A stretch of 48,127 nt of DNA from Candidatus Bathyarchaeota archaeon (lineage in GTDB: Archaea > Thermoproteota > Bathyarchaeia > TCS64), in NCBI GenBank assembly GCA_043826455.1, contig JBDRQD010000059.1, positions 1 through 48,127 of the forward strand, written 5' to 3'. The notes under the pieces were generated by a model. That model did no database searches. It saw nothing but the letters and a program-made list of their open reading frames with translations, and was not told where the DNA came from. A program made the position numbers and the translations under genes. This document shows positions 27,379 through 36,351 of this stretch, one piece after another (positions within the stretch are counted from its first letter, which is position 1; each line of letters begins with the position of its first letter).

Positions 27379-28787
27379 AATTTCCCAAACTTACACAACT
27401 CCTCCAATAAGAGGCTTCTCACCTGCTCCGGCCGCGCACGGGCCTCCACCCTCCGAAGCACCTGACCCAGCAGATACTCCACCGCCTTCACCCGCCCCCC
27501 GGCGTAGTCCTCCACGGCCCGGGGGTTCTCCCGGACCACGGCCTCCACCACGGGCCCAAGCTCCCCGGGACCCATGAGACCTAGGCCCCTCTCATCCACC
27601 AGCAGCCGCGGCGACTTCCCTGTCTCCGCGTACTCCTTGATGAGCTCCTTGGCGAGGCGCTCCGAAATCACGCCTTCGTCAATCAGCTCCAAGAGCTCCA
27701 CGAAGGACCGGGGCTCGACTCTGCTTTCCCTGAGGCTCAGCCCCATGTAGTTGAGGCTCTTCATCAGGTACGTCACCAGCCACGACGCTACCCTCACAGG
27801 GTCACCGTATAGGGCACAGCACTCCTCGTAGAACCGGCTCATGGCGAGCCCCGCGTTCACGATGACGCCTGACTGGAACCCGCTGACCCCGTACTGCTCC
27901 ACCAGCCGCTGGATTCTCATGTCGGGGAGCTCAGGCATCCCGGAGGCTATCCGGTCAACCCACTCGGGCGTCAGGTTGATCCTCACCAGGTCGGGCTCCA
28001 CCATGTACCCGTAGTCGTCCTCCATCTCCTTCTTCCGGAGACTCACCGTAGCCCCCGACTCCGCGTCATAGTGACGGGTCTCCCGGCTCACGTCCAAGCC
28101 CATGGCCGAGGCGCTCCTCTGCCGCACCACCTCGTAGATCAGAGCCCTCTCCACGTTCCTGAACCCGGTGATGTTCTTCACCTCCACCCGCTGACCTCCC
28201 TCCACGCTCACGTTGGCGTCCACCCTAAGGGCGCCCTCCGAGGAGGAATCATAGACGCCCAGGTGCTCCAGGATGAGGCCCAGCTTCTCCAGGAACGCCC
28301 GGGCCTCCCCCGTGTCCCTGAGGTCCGGCTCAGTCACTATCTCCACCAGGGGCATCCCAGCCCTGTTGTAGTCGATCAAGGTGTATTTGGCGCCGGTGAT
28401 GTCTCCGCCCACGTGCACCAGCTTAGCAGGGTCCTCCTCCAGGTGAACCCGCCTTACCCTGATCCGCCTGCCCCCCAGCTTCAGGCACCCGCCCGTCGCC
28501 AGGGGCTCCTCGTACTGGGTTATCTGGTAGTTCTTGGGCATGTCCGGGTAGAAGTAGCTCTTACGGCTGAACCTGACGTGGGGGGCCAACACGCAGTTGA
28601 GGGCCAACGCCACCAGGACCCCCTGCTCTATAGCCCTCCGGTTCACCATGGGCTTGCTACCCGGGTAACCAAGACATATGGGGCACGTGTTCACGTTAGG
28701 CTCCTCCGGCCCCGTGCCACACCCGCAGAACAGCTTGGACTCCGTCACCAAGTGAACGTGAACCTCCAGCCCTATGGTGGCCTCCAA
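27369..28787 (-). CDS. gatB: Asp/Glu-tRNA amidotransferase subunit B
   Basis: IGLEVHV, RKSYFYPDMPKNYQITQY, HLEED, DYNRAG, VEVKN. Confidence 0.96.
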   Translation of the reverse strand: MEATIGLEVHVHLVTESKLFCGCGTGPEEPNVNTCPICLGYPGSKPMVNRRAIEQGVLVALALNCVLAPHVRFSRKSYFYPDMPKNYQITQYEEPLATGGCLKLGGRRIRVRRVHLEEDPAKLVHVGGDITGAKYTLIDYNRAGMPLVEIVTEPDLRDTGEARAFLEKLGLILEHLGVYDSSSEGALRVDANVSVEGGQRVEVKNITGFRNVERALIYEVVRQRSASAMGLDVSRETRHYDAESGATVSLRKKEMEDDYGYMVEPDLVRINLTPEWVDRIASGMPELPDMRIQRLVEQYGVSGFQSGVIVNAGLAMSRFYEECCALYGDPVRVASWLVTYLMKSLNYMGLSLRESRVEPRSFVELLELIDEGVISERLAKELIKEYAETGKSPRLLVDERGLGLMGPGELGPVVEAVVRENPRAVEDYAGGRVKAVEYLLGQVLRRVEARARPEQVRSLLLEELCKFGKLPR

Positions 28788-30101
28788 CTAGCTCACCTCC
28801 AGGGCGCCCGCCGCCCGAAAAACAAGGTCCTCCCGCAAGTGATCCGCCATCAGATGCAGGCCCACCGGCAGCCCGTCATGCGTCCCGCAGGGGACGCTGA
28901 TCATGGGGACGCCCGCCAGGTTGGGGGCCACCGTAAGCACATCCATCATGTAGTGCTGGACCGGCTCCAGCTCCGCGATCTCGTCGAACCTGGGCGCCAC
29001 CACCGGCATCGTGGGCGCAGCCAGCACGTCCACCTCCTCGAAGGCCCGCTTGAAGTCACCTATGACCAGGGTCCTGACCCTCAACGCCTTCAGGTAGTAA
29101 GCATCCCTGTACCCCGCCATCCGTGTATAGGTGCCTAGGATTATCCTGCGCTTAGCTTCCTCCCCGAAACCCGCGGACCTCACCGAGGCGAAGTACTCGT
29201 CGAAGCTACCCTCCAGGGGCCCGTGGAGCCCGTACCTCAGCCCACTGTACCTGGCCAGGTTGGTGCTGGCCTCAGCCATGGCTATCACGTAGTAGCTGCT
29301 GAGGCTGACACCCGTGTGGGGCAGGCTCACCTCCGAGACCACCGCTCCAAGGCTCTCCAGCCGCTTGACGGCGCCCCACACCCTGTCAGCCACCCCGGGG
29401 TCCACACCCTCCCCATAGTACTCGCGGGGCACACCCACCCTGAGGCCATCCACGCCCACGTCCACGTATGCAGTGTAGTCCGGGGCCTGCTCCTGGATGA
29501 CCGTGGAGTCATACACGTCCGGGCCGCACATGACCGACAGGATCAGGGCCGCCTCCCTAACCGTCTTAGCCATGCAGCCCACCTTGTCCAGGCTGTTGGC
29601 GAAGTCGATGAGGCCCCACCTGCTCACCCTGCCGTAGGTGGGGGTGACGCCCACGACGCCGCAGAAGGCCGCGGGGCAGCTGATGCTGCCACCCGTGGAC
29701 TCGGCCAGGGCCAGGTGGGGGAAATCAACGGAGGCGGTGACTGCGGCGGCCCCACCCGAGCTTCCGCCGGTGCTCCGCGCCGCGTCGTGGGGGTTCAGGG
29801 GCACCTTGTAGGCTGTGTTGACGTTGAAGGTGCCGAACCCGAACTCGTCCATGGTGGTCTTGCCCAGGACGGAGGCCCCCTCCCTCCTGCACTTCTCCAC
29901 GGCGGTGGCGTCGAAGGGCGGAACATACCCCTCAAGTATCTTAGAGCCGGCGGTGGCTGGCATGCCCCGGACGCACAGGTTGTCCTTCACCGACACGTAG
30001 TAGCCGGCCAGGCGGCCCTCGCCGGGCTCCGCGGCCTCCCCCAGGTGGTTGAATGTGTGGAGCCTACCGTCGATAAGCCTAGCCGAGTCAGTGACGCTCA
30101 T
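28788..30101 (-). CDS. gatA: Asp/Glu-tRNA amidotransferase subunit A
   Basis: Amidase signature VKDN, GGSSGG, STGGS; RRIILGT; start trimmed to ATG 30101. Confidence 0.93.
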   Translation of the reverse strand: MSVTDSARLIDGRLHTFNHLGEAAEPGEGRLAGYYVSVKDNLCVRGMPATAGSKILEGYVPPFDATAVEKCRREGASVLGKTTMDEFGFGTFNVNTAYKVPLNPHDAARSTGGSSGGAAAVTASVDFPHLALAESTGGSISCPAAFCGVVGVTPTYGRVSRWGLIDFANSLDKVGCMAKTVREAALILSVMCGPDVYDSTVIQEQAPDYTAYVDVGVDGLRVGVPREYYGEGVDPGVADRVWGAVKRLESLGAVVSEVSLPHTGVSLSSYYVIAMAEASTNLARYSGLRYGLHGPLEGSFDEYFASVRSAGFGEEAKRRIILGTYTRMAGYRDAYYLKALRVRTLVIGDFKRAFEEVDVLAAPTMPVVAPRFDEIAELEPVQHYMMDVLTVAPNLAGVPMISVPCGTHDGLPVGLHLMADHLREDLVFRAAGALEVS

Positions 30102-30397
30102 GTGATCCTGGGCCCCCTGAAGAACCTGCCCTCCCTGTGCCCCGAGTTGGCGAAGGGGTCCCACTCCCATCTGGTGGCCTCATCCTCCCTCACCGCGTCC
30201 TCCACCGTCAGGGGGTGGAAGCTGGGCTCCACACCCTCCGTGTCCACCGCGTCCAGCTCAGAGAAAGCCTCCAGAATTACCCTCAGCTGCCCCGCGTACA
30301 CGTCCAGCTCCGAGTCCGTGAGGCGGAGCCTGGCGTGCTCAGCCACCCTGCGAACCTGATCCCTGTCCAGGCTAGACAGGTGAGGCCACCTCCACAA
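30098..30397 (-). CDS. gatC: Asp/Glu-tRNA amidotransferase subunit C (probable CTG start at 30379)
   Basis: VAEHARL, VDTEGVEP, REDE, FRGPRI; position in the operon. Confidence 0.9.
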   Translation of the reverse strand: MWRWPHLSSLDRDQVRRVAEHARLRLTDSELDVYAGQLRVILEAFSELDAVDTEGVEPSFHPLTVEDAVREDEATRWEWDPFANSGHREGRFFRGPRIT

Positions 30398-30559
30398 GAG
30401 TCACGGAAAACCGGCTAAGCCGCAGAGGTGAAAGCTGCGCCCCGATTAAAACATTCACCCGGCAACATTTTCACCTCGACGCCACCCAATGCCCACCCAG
30501 GTTATATAAGATTTACTGTGCAGCCACCCGTTAAATACCCCAGGGCGTGTGATCAGTGC

Positions 30560-30817
30560 ATGGAGACCGGTGAGCTCAGGGACAGGATCAGGGAGTCCGT
30601 GGCCCTCCTGGAAGGCTACAGGGGCTTCAGCCCCCTGGTAGACGAGGCCATCTCGTCCCTGAGATTGATCGATGACTGCGTGGCCGAGCCGACGCCCAGG
30701 AAGATGGAGGAGTCCCGGCTGCGCCTCGCCAGACTGGTGCAGGAGATAGGCCCCTACAGGGGCTACGTGCCCGAGCTGGCGGCTACACTGGACGAGCTGT
30801 CCAAGTGGTTTGAGTAG
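30560..30817 (+). CDS. Hypothetical helical protein
   Basis: ATG 30560 with TTAAATA box upstream, host-like codon usage. Confidence 0.6.
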   Translation: METGELRDRIRESVALLEGYRGFSPLVDEAISSLRLIDDCVAEPTPRKMEESRLRLARLVQEIGPYRGYVPELAATLDELSKWFE

Positions 30818-30818
30818 G

Positions 30819-32201
30819 CTAAGCCTGCTCCTTGAAGGGGCTTCTGCCGCTCACACAGTAGATGCATATGTGGTCCCTGGGCAGCCCCACCGCGCTGAGG
30901 ACGCTCTCCTCCGAGTTGTACCGGACCTTGTGGATGCTGGGCAGCCCCCGGGCCACCAGGTCCCCCACCTCCTCCAGGCCCTTACCCTTGTAGGGCTTGG
31001 CCGCCAGGGGCTTGTCCGGGGGGTCGCTGAAGCACGGGTGGAATATGGGGGCGTAGCTCACCAAAAAGTCCACCTCCCTGGCCCCAGCCTTCAGCAGGTT
31101 CTGGGCTATGCTCTCGCTGACGGTGCCCCGCACGATGCTGTCATCAGTGATGACAACATGCTTGCCCTCCACCGTCTCCCGGATTATGTTGTGCTTCAGG
31201 TCCGAGGCTATCTTCCGGTACCCGGCGTCGTCGATGATGTACGTACGCCCCATATAGGCGTTCTTGATTACCCCCTCGTCGGCGGTCACACCCAGCGCCT
31301 CCGCGACGCCCGTGCACACGGAGCGCCCCGAGTCAGGCACAGGTATCACGGCCAGGTCCTCGGGTTTGCCCTCCTCGGTGCCGTACAGCCTCCTAAGCCC
31401 ATGGGTCTCCACCAGGGCGTGGCCCAGCCGCTTCCGCACCATGTGGACGGTCTGGCCCTCTATAACGCTGTCGGGCCGGCCGAAGTACACCCACTCGAAG
31501 ACGCAGTGGGCCCTCCGAGGCTCCAGGACCTGGGTCTCGTGGACGCCCCCGTCATCCACCACCAGCATGGAGCCGGGGACCACGTCCCGCCTCTCCATGA
31601 AGGTCTCACCCATGTTCTCCATGACGTCTATCGGCGCGGACTCGCTGGCCACGTAGACACCTGATTCGTTCACAGCCACGTAGAGGGGCCTGACGCCCCT
31701 CTCGTCCCGGGCAGCCACCAAGATGCTTCGCCGCTCCCGCCTGTCCCAGACGGCGGCCACCAGGCTATAGTAGCCGTCCCTGTGCCGGCGCATGGTCTCG
31801 GCCAGGGCCTCTGGAAAGCTGAGGCCTTCGCCGAGTGCCTTCAGAAGGGTGTCCCTGATCATTTTCTCTCTGCAGCCATTTCCACCGGGGATGTGCCCGT
31901 CCAGGGCCAGGCTGAAAGCGTACCTACCGTCAGACTTGCACTCCAGGGGCGGGTACCCGTTGTCGGCGTTCTCACCGCTAGCGCACCCGATGACGACATA
32001 GTCGTTGGGGTGGATATAGGCCCTGTACTGCTCGTCGAAGACGTTGCTGACGAGGCCGCGGCCCTTCCAGGTCCTAAGGCTGTGTTCGCTGGCCGCCGTC
32101 ACACCGCTGCTCTCCTGGCCCCTGTGCTGTACGCCGCAGAGGATGTAGAGGCTCTTGGTGGCCGCGTCGTTCCTTGAGTATACGCCTATGACGCCCTGCA
32201 T
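30819..32201 (-). CDS. purF: Amidophosphoribosyltransferase-like protein with degenerate glutaminase domain
   Basis: QHRGQES, CVFEWVYF.RPDS, PVPDSG, DDSIVRGT; N-terminus is MQGVIG rather than MCG. Confidence 0.85.
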   Translation of the reverse strand: MQGVIGVYSRNDAATKSLYILCGVQHRGQESSGVTAASEHSLRTWKGRGLVSNVFDEQYRAYIHPNDYVVIGCASGENADNGYPPLECKSDGRYAFSLALDGHIPGGNGCREKMIRDTLLKALGEGLSFPEALAETMRRHRDGYYSLVAAVWDRRERRSILVAARDERGVRPLYVAVNESGVYVASESAPIDVMENMGETFMERRDVVPGSMLVVDDGGVHETQVLEPRRAHCVFEWVYFGRPDSVIEGQTVHMVRKRLGHALVETHGLRRLYGTEEGKPEDLAVIPVPDSGRSVCTGVAEALGVTADEGVIKNAYMGRTYIIDDAGYRKIASDLKHNIIRETVEGKHVVITDDSIVRGTVSESIAQNLLKAGAREVDFLVSYAPIFHPCFSDPPDKPLAAKPYKGKGLEEVGDLVARGLPSIHKVRYNSEESVLSAVGLPRDHICIYCVSGRSPFKEQA

Positions 32202-32300
32202 GGCGAACATTAAAGGTGTTAATAGATAAAAGGTGAACGGGTGTGTTATTGCACCTTTATGCAATATTGCATGGGGGGTAAACCAGCAGGCGCCAGGAGG

Positions 32301-33701
32301 CTACCTGAGCCTCATGGCCCTCCAAGGGCTCAGCAGGTACGGCGGCAGGTAACCTGCCAGGTTGCTGAAGGGCAGCACCTCCGGCTTCAGCCTTATCCCC
32401 AGAGACTCAGCCATGAAGTCCCTCCGGGCCTGTATCCGGTCCCACGCCTCAGGATACAGGGACGCGAACTCTGCCCTCAGCTTGGCGTCGGCCAGGGCGA
32501 CGCCGTCCTCCATGTTGGTGGTGAAGTAGGGGGTGCCCGTGGCGGGGATGACGTCCACCTGGAGGGCCATCCCTGAGCGGAGCCTGAGCCTGCTATCCCG
32601 GTACACTGGGCTGTGGAGCCACTCCTCCTGTCCTATGAAGTGCCCCGGGTTCAGGTGGACCCCATAGAAGGGGTCCCCGATCCTGTCGTGGACAACCTTG
32701 TACAGGGCGCCGCCCTCCACACCTATTCCCACAGCGCCGTACCACGCCGCCACGGCCTCAAAGTAGGGGGCCACAAGCCTCTCCACGTAGTCCCGGACGC
32801 CTTCAGGTAGCTGGGCCTCGTCCTCCACGACCCAGCCGGCCCTGCAGTTGAGGCTGCCCCAGACGCCGTAGGCCGTGGTGAAGGGGTCACCCACCTCTAT
32901 TGTTCTGCTGCTGGGGCTGGGGAGGCCCATGAAGGCCCGGGGGCCGCTGCTGAGCATGAGGTGGCAGCTCAACGGTATGCCCTTGACCCGCATGAGCTCC
33001 ACGGCCTGGTACTCGGTCATGCCGAGTCTGAGGCCGAACACCACGTTGCGGACGGCCTGGCTCGTGTGACAGGACGCGAACTCGTACCAGGCTAGCTGGT
33101 CCACATCGTTCACCGCCCTGAGCCCCTCCGTGGGGTGCATGGTGAGGCTGTTAGCGTTCACCACGTTGCCGTAGCCCGCTATGCCTCGGAGGACGTCAGC
33201 GATGAAGCTGGGTACCTCTAGCCAGTGAGCCGAGCCTTCAGCCTCCTCCTCAGTGAAGTACTTCCAGCCGACAACACCCACCCTGTCCCCCTCCGAGACG
33301 CCCGCCTCAAGGAGTATCTCCCGGAGGGGCCGAGTTGTGCTCCGGTCCTGACCCATGAGGCTGAAGCTGGGGTAGAGCACCGGCCTCAGCTGCTCCTTGA
33401 CTGGGGAGACGGGGAAGTAGCCCAGGCCCTCGTGGCCCATCACCAGGGACAGGGTCTTGGCTGGAACATCTATCACCAGCATGGACTCCTCGAACCGTGG
33501 GTCGAAGCCCGTCAGGTAGGCCAGGTTGGCGCCGTGCTCCCTGTCCCCGTAGACCACCAGGGCGTTGAGGCCCTCCTCCTCGGCCCTCTCGAAGAGCCTG
33601 ATCATTCTCTCCGCGTAGGTCTCCCGGGGTACCCGGGGCTCCACTGTGGGCTCCTTGAACTCGGGTAGTTCAATCTCATCAAGGGTCGCGCGCATATGCA
33701 T
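32301..33701 (-). CDS. Creatinase/Xaa-Pro aminopeptidase (M24)-like protein
   Basis: VYGDREH..NLAYLTGFDPRFEE, LNPGH, EEW, QVDVIP, EDG. Confidence 0.7.
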   Translation of the reverse strand: MHMRATLDEIELPEFKEPTVEPRVPRETYAERMIRLFERAEEEGLNALVVYGDREHGANLAYLTGFDPRFEESMLVIDVPAKTLSLVMGHEGLGYFPVSPVKEQLRPVLYPSFSLMGQDRSTTRPLREILLEAGVSEGDRVGVVGWKYFTEEEAEGSAHWLEVPSFIADVLRGIAGYGNVVNANSLTMHPTEGLRAVNDVDQLAWYEFASCHTSQAVRNVVFGLRLGMTEYQAVELMRVKGIPLSCHLMLSSGPRAFMGLPSPSSRTIEVGDPFTTAYGVWGSLNCRAGWVVEDEAQLPEGVRDYVERLVAPYFEAVAAWYGAVGIGVEGGALYKVVHDRIGDPFYGVHLNPGHFIGQEEWLHSPVYRDSRLRLRSGMALQVDVIPATGTPYFTTNMEDGVALADAKLRAEFASLYPEAWDRIQARRDFMAESLGIRLKPEVLPFSNLAGYLPPYLLSPWRAMRLR

Positions 33702-33783
33702 CGGTTTGACTAATCCTCGAAGTTATTTAGGTTCGACGCCGCTTGGAAGTGTTTTATCTGCCTCAGCCCAGTAATCATCAGCG

Positions 33784-35286
33784 ATGGACCTCTACATAGG
33801 CGTGGACAGCGGGACCCAGAGCACCAGGGCGCTGGTGATGGACTCCACGGGGGCCGTGATCACCAAGGCGACGAGGCCCCACACCCTGCTCGGAGGCCTG
33901 CCCCTGGGCCACATGGAGCAGCGCCCGGAGGACTGGTGGCTGGCCACCGTGGAATCCATAAAGGAGTGCCTCGCGGACCCCAAGGTGGACGCGTCCAGGG
34001 TGAGGGCCATCGGGGTCTCGGGGCAGCAGCACGGCCTGGTGCCGCTGGACGGGGATGGCGGGGTGATCAGGCCCGCGAAGCTGTGGAACGACACCAGCAC
34101 CGCGGCCGAGGCTCAGGCTCTGGTGGAGAAGCTGGGCGGACTTGAGGCGGTCATCGACCTCATAGGCAACGGGATACCCCCGGGGTTCACGGCTTCCAAG
34201 GTCCTCTGGCTGAGGCTCAACGAGCCCGAGAACTACGCGAAGATGAGCACGGTCCTGCTGCCTCACGACTACCTGAACTACAGGCTTACGGGGGCCAGGT
34301 CCACGGAGTACGGGGACGCCTCCGGCACCGCCCTCATGGACGTGAGGAGCCGCAGGTGGAGGTGTGAGGTGGTGGACGCCATCGACCCGGGCCTCATGGG
34401 TAAGCTGCCAAGGCTGAGGCCCTCCAATGAGCCCGTGGGGCGCCTCTCAGCCGGGGCCTCAGAGGAGCTTGGACTAAGCCGAGACGTGCTGGTCTCGGCG
34501 GGGGGCGGCGACAACATGATGGGGGCCATAGGCACAGGCAACACAAGGCCCGGGGTCGTAACCGTCAGCCTGGGCACCTCAGGCACCATATACGCTTTCT
34601 CGAAGAAGCCCGTCGTTGACCCCCGGGGTGAGGTGGCCGCCTTCTGCGACTCCACCAACCACTGGCTGCCCCTAGTGTGCACCATGAACGTCACCGTGGC
34701 CACGGACCTGGCCCGCAAGGCCTTCAGCCTAAGCTACGAGGAGCTAGAGGAGACCGTGGAGGGCGCACCAGTTGGCTCGGACGGCCTCCTGTTCCTGCCC
34801 TACCTGACGGGGGAGAGGACCCCCAACATACCCAGCGGGAAAGGCGTCCTATACGGGATGACACCCCAGAACTATGACCCCAGGCACATAACCAGAGCGA
34901 CGGTGGAGGGCGTCACCCTCGGCCTAAACTACGGCCTAAACAGGCTCAAGGAGCTGGGGGTGGACCCCACGGAGATAAGGCTCACAGGCGGCGGAGCCAG
35001 GAACAAGGCTTGGAGAAGGGTAGCCGCGGACATCTTCGATACAGACGTCGTCACGCTCCACGAGGAGGAGGGCGCCGCCTACGGCGCAGCCATCCAGGCC
35101 TTGTGGTGCCACAAGAGGATGCAAGGCGAGAAAAGCGCTGTCAGCGAGATCACGGACGAGCTCATTAAACTAGATGAGGAAGGTAGGGTTCACCCCGACG
35201 CAGGGAACGCGGCCAAATACAGGGACATACAAGGGCGACACAACTCGCTGATGAAGGCCATAAGAGGCCTCTTCGACGCTGTGTGA
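33784..35286 (+). CDS. xylB: Xylulokinase (FGGY family)
   Basis: GVDSGTQS, SGQQHG, LWND, GDASGT, GERTP. Confidence 0.9.
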   Translation: MDLYIGVDSGTQSTRALVMDSTGAVITKATRPHTLLGGLPLGHMEQRPEDWWLATVESIKECLADPKVDASRVRAIGVSGQQHGLVPLDGDGGVIRPAKLWNDTSTAAEAQALVEKLGGLEAVIDLIGNGIPPGFTASKVLWLRLNEPENYAKMSTVLLPHDYLNYRLTGARSTEYGDASGTALMDVRSRRWRCEVVDAIDPGLMGKLPRLRPSNEPVGRLSAGASEELGLSRDVLVSAGGGDNMMGAIGTGNTRPGVVTVSLGTSGTIYAFSKKPVVDPRGEVAAFCDSTNHWLPLVCTMNVTVATDLARKAFSLSYEELEETVEGAPVGSDGLLFLPYLTGERTPNIPSGKGVLYGMTPQNYDPRHITRATVEGVTLGLNYGLNRLKELGVDPTEIRLTGGGARNKAWRRVAADIFDTDVVTLHEEEGAAYGAAIQALWCHKRMQGEKSAVSEITDELIKLDEEGRVHPDAGNAAKYRDIQGRHNSLMKAIRGLFDAV

Positions 35287-35288
35287 GG

Positions 35289-35423
35289 TTAAGGAAGCAG
35301 GGGATAGTTGCCCATCTTCCTACGCAGCCAGTCTATGAAGAGGCCGATGAACAACATTCCGGCTATGAAGATGATTAGGGTAGCAATATCCTCGACAGGT
35401 GCATTCAGGTACGAGTCCGACAT
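35289..35423 (-). CDS. Candidate 44-aa single-pass membrane protein
   Basis: Manual translation MSDSYLNAPVEDIATLIIFIAGMLFIGLFIDWLRRKMGNYPLLP. Confidence 0.45.
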   Translation of the reverse strand: MSDSYLNAPVEDIATLIIFIAGMLFIGLFIDWLRRKMGNYPLLP

Positions 35424-35673
35424 GCCTCAACTTTGACTCGCACCTACCACTAATAAACAGTTCTGCACGATTCACGCCAAGACCACACTGAGGCTCCGCA
35501 CAGAATAACATTCGTTAATACCACAGTGAACATCCCAGTGAAGCAATATCAGCCGAGGCTGGTCCCCAAGGCGTCAGATGTAACGTTCATCGAGGCTTGT
35601 ACGATCTGAAGCTTTGGCTATTCCCTAAAAGATTAATTACTTCGCGAATTACTATCACGATAAGGTAGATCAG

Positions 35674-35883
35674 TTGACGGATGTGGTTACGATTCCTCGT
35701 CCTCTATTGAAGGAGCTTTACGAGCACTTTGACAAAATAGAGGAAATTATCGCCACCTTAGAGGAGCTCTCGAACGAGGAAGGATTGGATCGAATCGAAA
35801 AAAGCCTTGAGGATTACAAGAAAAAAGAGTATATCACGGTGAAGACTCCTGAAATGATCAGAGAAGCTCTGATGAAGGACTGA
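35674..35883 (+). CDS. Putative antitoxin
   Basis: Small acidic ORF directly upstream of RelE; IATLEELS..IEKSLEDYK pattern. Confidence 0.75.
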   Translation: MTDVVTIPRPLLKELYEHFDKIEEIIATLEELSNEEGLDRIEKSLEDYKKKEYITVKTPEMIREALMKD

Positions 35884-35886
35884 GAT

Positions 35887-36141
35887 TTGATATACAAGTC
35901 AGTCTTCACACGCAGCTTCACAAAGGAATTCGATAAACTCCCACAAAACTTCAAAGAACCGATTTTAGATGCGTTGGAAAAGATCGTAGATACTCCTTAT
36001 GCAGGAACCAAGTTGCAGGGCAAGCTTGAAGGACTGTGGAGATGGCGAGTAGGCAAATATCGTGTAGTTTACTTGATAGAAGAAAAAGAAAAGACAATAG
36101 TCTTTTTAGATGTAGGCTTAAGAAAATCAATCTACGACTAA
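35887..36141 (+). CDS. relE: RelE/ParE family toxin
   Basis: KLQGKLEGLWRWRVGKYRVVY...VGLRKSIY. Confidence 0.9.
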   Translation: MIYKSVFTRSFTKEFDKLPQNFKEPILDALEKIVDTPYAGTKLQGKLEGLWRWRVGKYRVVYLIEEKEKTIVFLDVGLRKSIYD

Positions 36142-36351
36142 GATTCAAGTCCCGCGTAGCAAGAATGGAAGGTGTTGGTATAGCTACCAGCTGTAATCTA
36201 TCTTTAATTCCCAACTATTTGGATTTGCGTACACTTTGACCGCACCTCGAAAAATAGTTAGCTAAATGCAATCTGAAAAAAACACATTCTACCCAGCTAC
36301 CGTCATCTCAGCCAGGGTTAACAATTTAACCCCAGACACTGACACCCAACC

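Noticed and set aside
36142..36155. GATTCAAGTCCCGC resembling a tRNA T-arm after relE
   Set aside because: Too short, no stem or cloverleaf context, no match to the tRNA in the window.
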